Source: Candidatus Pacearchaeota archaeon CG1_02_39_14 (GTDB lineage: Archaea > Nanobdellota > Nanobdellia > Pacearchaeales > GW2011-AR1). From it: 55,645 nt of DNA. Position 1 is the first letter of the stretch. Each line of letters starts with the position of its first letter. A program made the position numbers and the translations under genes. Positions 51,961 through 55,645 of this stretch are shown piece after piece. The stretch spans positions 1 to 55,645 of the forward strand of contig MNVZ01000026.1 of assembly GCA_001872315.1 (NCBI GenBank), read 5' to 3'. Under the pieces are notes generated by a model. That model saw only the letters and a list, made by a program, of their open reading frames with translations. It was not told where the DNA came from and searched no databases.

Positions 51961-54824
51961 TCCAGCTTCAGGCTCAAGACCTTTGAGATGCCTTCCTGCA
52001 TGCTGACTCCGTAAAGAACATTGGAATCTGTTATGATGGCATCGTTATGCGTGATTACGATATATTGGCCGTTCTTCATGTATTGCCTTAGGAGAGCTGA
52101 AAGGCGCTGTGAGTTCCTCTTATCCAGCGCGGCATCTATTTCGTCAAAGATGTAGAAGTGATATGGCTTGTATTCCTGGATTGCGAATAACAATGAAATG
52201 GCTACAAGAGTCTGCTCACCTCCTGATAAGGAAGTGATGTCAAAGTATTTTCCCTTTGCTAGTTTTATGACGATGTTAACACCTGCCACAAAAGGGTCTT
52301 CATTATTTTCCAGCTCCAGATAAGCTCTTCCTTTCGTGTATAATCTTGAGAAATTCTCTGAAAACAGGTCGCTTATAGAGATGAAGGTTTTCATGAATGT
52401 TTTTTTCTTCTTCCTGTCAATTTCGTCTATAATCTTCATGATTTCCGTCTTTTCAGACTCTATATGGTCTGCTTTTTCTTTGACCCTGTCATATTCTTCC
52501 TTAACCTGCTCATAGACCTCTAAGGCACGCATGTTTATTGAGCCTATCCTGTTCAGGGCATCCTGGGCCTTAACGAGCTTGTCTTCCAGAACCTGGATGC
52601 TTGCCTTGATTAATTCAGCCCCAACAAATTCCTTTAAGTCCATCTCAAGGGATTCTTTTTCGGCTTCTAGTCTTGCATCCCCAACTTTTAGATAATTAAT
52701 CTGCTCCTCTATCTGGCTGTGGGACGTCTGGACTTCAGACATAGAGTAGCTATCTTCCTTAATCTTATCCTGTATTGAGTCCCTTTCAGCAAACATTTTT
52801 TTGAACTTTTCAGATAGCTCTTTTTCTTCCCCTTCCTTGATTTCCAGAGAATTTTCTTTTTCTTCAAGACTTGATTCTATTTCATCTATTTCTTCTTGCA
52901 ATTCCTTTAAATCTGAAGTGCTCTGCTTGATAACATCTTTTATCTTTTCCAGTTCCCTCTCCTTAAACACGAGAGTGTGGTCCACGTTCTCTTCAGTCCT
53001 TGATGATATCTCTTCTATTTCCCTTAATTTATCCGAATATGCTTCTTCCAGCGATGAAAGGTTGAATGTCTTGCTTTCCAGCCCTGCCCTCTTTGATTCC
53101 AAATCCTTAAGCTCATTCTTAAGCAATTCCTGCTGGGCGAGAATCCTCTTAAGATACTCCTGCCTATCGCGTATTGCCTTGTGGCTCGCAATCTCTCTCT
53201 GGGCGTGGTGCAAATCTTCCTCGTATTTTGCAACCTGCTCCTCTTTCTTCTTTCTTTCATTGGAAAGGACTTCCAGTGCATTTTTAGCATTTTTTATTGA
53301 TTCTGCAGATTCAGAGATTATTTTGTCTGAATTAGAGAAGACATGATTCAGGTGCTCTTCTGTTATTTTTGTCTGGCAAAGAGGGCATAAATCAATGTCC
53401 CTTACTTTTCTCTTTGTTTCCTCGGCATTTTGAGCCTGGCTTTCTGAAATTGAAATTTTCTTTTCATTTTCAAGCTCTTTCCTTGAAATTTCTATTATGG
53501 CCTCTTTTGCCTTTTTTAGATTACCTGCCAGAGAATCAAGAGATTTGCTGCAATCTTCCTGAGATTTGTATCTTAATTCTGTCGAGAGCTCTTCAAGCTG
53601 CTTGAGAGTTGAATCCGATTCTGCATCTGCCCTTGCAAGCTGGTTTTGCTTGTCCTTCAGGATTTCTTTCAGAGAAGACAGCTGGGTCTTAAGAGTATAC
53701 TGGACTTTTCTCTGCTCCTGTATCTGCTCAAGCTCTTTCTTCTTCTTCTGCAGTTCTTCCTGCTTTTTTGCCATAAGAGGAGACTCTTTTCTTAGATTGC
53801 CTATTTCCTGCTGCAGTTCGGGGATGGATAGCTGCATTTGTTCTATCCTGTGCTCTATTTCCCCTTTCCTGTTTTCATAATTTTCTTTTCTTACACGCAG
53901 GCCTTCAAGCTCTGCCCTTAGATTTGAAATTGCGGTGTGCAGCGATTCCTGCTCAAGCCCTGTTGATTTCTGTATGTGCTTGTTTATCTCCTGAATCTTG
54001 CTGTTGTATCCCTCTATTTTTTCCTGCAAATCCTGAAGCTGGGATTTTATCTTGTTCTTCTGTTCTAATTTATTTGAAATTGAAGTCTTAAGCTGCTGCA
54101 ACTCCTTGTTTTTTTCATCCAGCCTTTTCTGGATAATTGAGGCCTTGCATCTCTTAACTGTTGATTCCAGCTCCTTGAACTTCAGCGCCTGCGCTCTTTC
54201 CCTTTCAAGATTGTTCATGAAAGAGGTCCTTTCTCTTAAGATGGTATTAACCTCTTTTAGTCTATCTTCTGTCTTTTCCAGCTCCTTGAGGGATTTTTCC
54301 TTCCTGCTTTCATAGATGGAAATTCCAGCAACTTCTTCTATGATTTTTCTTCTTTCTTCAGGGTGCGCTTTCACTAGTGCCTGTATGTTTCCCTGGAGAA
54401 TAATATTAAATCCGTGGGGATCTATTCCCGCCTGCGCTAAAGTTTCCAATACTTCCCCTCTTGTCCTTGTTTCCCCATTAATCTGATAGATGCTCTGCCC
54501 GTTCCTCCTTACTACTCTTTTCAATGAGACTTCTGGCAAGGGTATGGGAAAAGTGTTATTCTGGTTGTCAAGAACAAGTTCAACAAAGGCCTCCTTAGCT
54601 GGCTTGGATAATTTGGAGCCCATGAAGAGAAGGTTCTTTGCTTTTGAAGCACGCATTGATTTTGCAGATAATCTTCCGAGGACAAAACACAAGGCATCGG
54701 AGATGTTTGATTTTCCAGAACCATTCGGGCCGACTATCGTGTTTATCCCTGGGTCAAAACTTATCTCTGTCTTGGGGGCGAAGGACTTGAAGCCCTGCAT
54801 AACCATCCTTTTTACGTGGGTCAT
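51957..54824 (-). CDS. smc: SMC-family ATPase lacking a hinge; central Rad50-like CxxC hook
   Basis: 955 aa. N-head QGFKSF...GPNGSGKSN...EEVAGISIYESRKEK. C-head LSGGEQTLVAISLLFAIQEYKPYHFYIFDEIDAALD. The rest is continuous coiled-coil-like sequence, with DLCPLCQTKITEEHL at residues 478-492. Confidence 0.85.
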   Translation of the reverse strand: MTHVKRMVMQGFKSFAPKTEISFDPGINTIVGPNGSGKSNISDALCFVLGRLSAKSMRASKAKNLLFMGSKLSKPAKEAFVELVLDNQNNTFPIPLPEVSLKRVVRRNGQSIYQINGETRTRGEVLETLAQAGIDPHGFNIILQGNIQALVKAHPEERRKIIEEVAGISIYESRKEKSLKELEKTEDRLKEVNTILRERTSFMNNLERERAQALKFKELESTVKRCKASIIQKRLDEKNKELQQLKTSISNKLEQKNKIKSQLQDLQEKIEGYNSKIQEINKHIQKSTGLEQESLHTAISNLRAELEGLRVRKENYENRKGEIEHRIEQMQLSIPELQQEIGNLRKESPLMAKKQEELQKKKKELEQIQEQRKVQYTLKTQLSSLKEILKDKQNQLARADAESDSTLKQLEELSTELRYKSQEDCSKSLDSLAGNLKKAKEAIIEISRKELENEKKISISESQAQNAEETKRKVRDIDLCPLCQTKITEEHLNHVFSNSDKIISESAESIKNAKNALEVLSNERKKKEEQVAKYEEDLHHAQREIASHKAIRDRQEYLKRILAQQELLKNELKDLESKRAGLESKTFNLSSLEEAYSDKLREIEEISSRTEENVDHTLVFKERELEKIKDVIKQSTSDLKELQEEIDEIESSLEEKENSLEIKEGEEKELSEKFKKMFAERDSIQDKIKEDSYSMSEVQTSHSQIEEQINYLKVGDARLEAEKESLEMDLKEFVGAELIKASIQVLEDKLVKAQDALNRIGSINMRALEVYEQVKEEYDRVKEKADHIESEKTEIMKIIDEIDRKKKKTFMKTFISISDLFSENFSRLYTKGRAYLELENNEDPFVAGVNIVIKLAKGKYFDITSLSGGEQTLVAISLLFAIQEYKPYHFYIFDEIDAALDKRNSQRLSALLRQYMKNGQYIVITHNDAIITDSNVLYGVSMQEGISKVLSLKLD

Positions 54825-54871
54825 AGAAGCTTATATTCGCCAGGGATATATAAAATTATTGAGCATCGAGA

Positions 54872-55540
54872 TTAGAACTCGCTTAGTGTCTTCTGCTTTT
54901 TATCTTCCGGAAAAAGCGCTTTCCATGTCGCCCAGGATTTCCTAAAAATGCCTGAATCCTGTAGTTTTTTTCCGTATTCCTTGAGGAATTCTTTTGTCAC
55001 GGGATCTGATGGATAGCCAGAGCCTATGTTGCCGTATTGCTTCTTTATCTTTTCTACTTCTTCTTCTCTTCTCACTTTTGCAAGGATTGATGCTGCTGAA
55101 ACGACAGGATGATTGAAATCAGCCTTATGCTCGCAGTAAATATCCAGATTCTCCGGATTTTTTATGAATGTGAGAAGCTTGTTTTTCCAGGCGAGGGTAT
55201 TTACGGAAGGACAATCGACTACGACTTTAATTTTTTGCTTTTTGTTATTCAATGAATTAATTATTTCTGCTGATTTTATTGCTTCCAAGGTATTGAGATT
55301 TACAGTTGTTACAGCATCGTCTATGTCCTCCGGGGTTGAAAGCAGGACCTTATGGCTTATGGCTGTCTTCTCTATCTCTTTTGCCACTTTCATCCTCTGC
55401 GTATGTAAAAGGAGTTTGGAATCTTTTGCTCCAAGGGCCTTTAATTTATTTTCCTCTTTCTTTTCGATTAATACGCCTGCTAAAATCATCGGGCCTATTA
55501 ATGGGCCTCGACCTGCATCGTCTATGCCTAATAATAACAT
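54872..55540 (-). CDS. rnhB: Ribonuclease HII
   Basis: LLGIDDAGRGPLIGPM catalytic N-terminus and DSKLL. 222 aa. Confidence 0.9.
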   Translation of the reverse strand: MLLLGIDDAGRGPLIGPMILAGVLIEKKEENKLKALGAKDSKLLLHTQRMKVAKEIEKTAISHKVLLSTPEDIDDAVTTVNLNTLEAIKSAEIINSLNNKKQKIKVVVDCPSVNTLAWKNKLLTFIKNPENLDIYCEHKADFNHPVVSAASILAKVRREEEVEKIKKQYGNIGSGYPSDPVTKEFLKEYGKKLQDSGIFRKSWATWKALFPEDKKQKTLSEF

Positions 55541-55645
55541 TCATAATTATAATTTATAAAGGATTTAAATCTGACGGCACATAATATTTTAAATATTGTA
55601 AACTGTCATTTGTATGAATAAATTTATTTTTATTGCTTTTATTAT

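Noticed and set aside
52801-53346. 181-aa Ser/Leu-rich plus-strand ORF (and similar ones at 53566-53880, 54052-54315 and 54490-54945)
   Set aside because: These are antisense to the Glu/Lys-rich coiled coil of the SMC gene, a typical shadow-ORF composition. The same reasoning applies to antisense ORFs inside gltX, rpoB, rpoA, nrdJ, fusA, tuf and the 10935 gene.
51957-54824. Calling this protein Rad50 because of the central CxxC hook
   Set aside because: The head motifs (GFKSF, GPNGSGKSN, EEVAGISIYESRKEK, FAIQEYKPYHFYIFDEIDAALD) look SMC-type rather than Rad50-type, and no mre11 is adjacent. It is kept as an SMC-family protein with an anomalous hook. A profile search is needed to settle this.
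1-55645. CRISPR arrays, rRNA genes and additional tRNAs
   Set aside because: I saw no regularly spaced 25-40-nt direct repeats, no rRNA-like conserved stretches and no further GTTCRAATC-type T-arm motifs while reading the intergenic regions.

Overview
AT-rich, gene-dense archaeal chromosomal segment of about 70 genes. The reduced, DPANN-like gene content is an inference from gene content only. The backbone is housekeeping. It carries the archaeal RNA polymerase / translation super-operon (rpoH-rpoB-rpoA, rpl30e, nusA, rps12, rps7, aEF-2, aEF-1alpha). It also has three aminoacyl-tRNA synthetases: GluRS, ThrRS with the archaeal editing domain, and TrpRS. Other core genes are nrdR plus a class II ribonucleotide reductase, pyrE-like/pyrF, thioredoxin, adenylate kinase, cysteine desulfurase, archaeal DnaG, endonuclease IV-like, RNase HII, an SMC-like ATPase and one tRNA-Lys(UUU). 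Accessory content includes an IS200-type tnpA at the left edge, MNT/HEPN and wHTH/RelE-like toxin-antitoxin pairs, and a membrane-anchored GH24 lysozyme. It also includes tandem pilin-like paralogs, three lipobox proteins (one a metzincin), an orphan HPr-like gene and several Cys-rich surface proteins. I saw no CRISPR array and no rRNA. The most unusual observations are listed here. (1) The SMC-like protein has SMC-type heads but a Rad50-type CxxC zinc hook exactly at its midpoint and no hinge. (2) RNAP subunit A is one compact fused ORF instead of split A'/A''. (3) The conserved rpo/str operon is interrupted three times by surface-protein or accessory insertions, and rps10 does not follow tuf. 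(4) A bacterial-type NrdR has two NrdR-box palindromes 31 bp apart placed over an archaeal TATA-like element. (5) A membrane receptor-like protein ends in a degenerate nucleotidyl-cyclase-like domain. (6) The tRNA-Lys 3' end is duplicated as a 19-nt direct repeat next to the MNT/HEPN pair. (7) An 8-nt TATA element sits about 22 nt upstream of most ATGs, implying mostly leaderless mRNAs. I used this spacing to refine several start codons. All family assignments come from motif recognition by eye; no searches were run.
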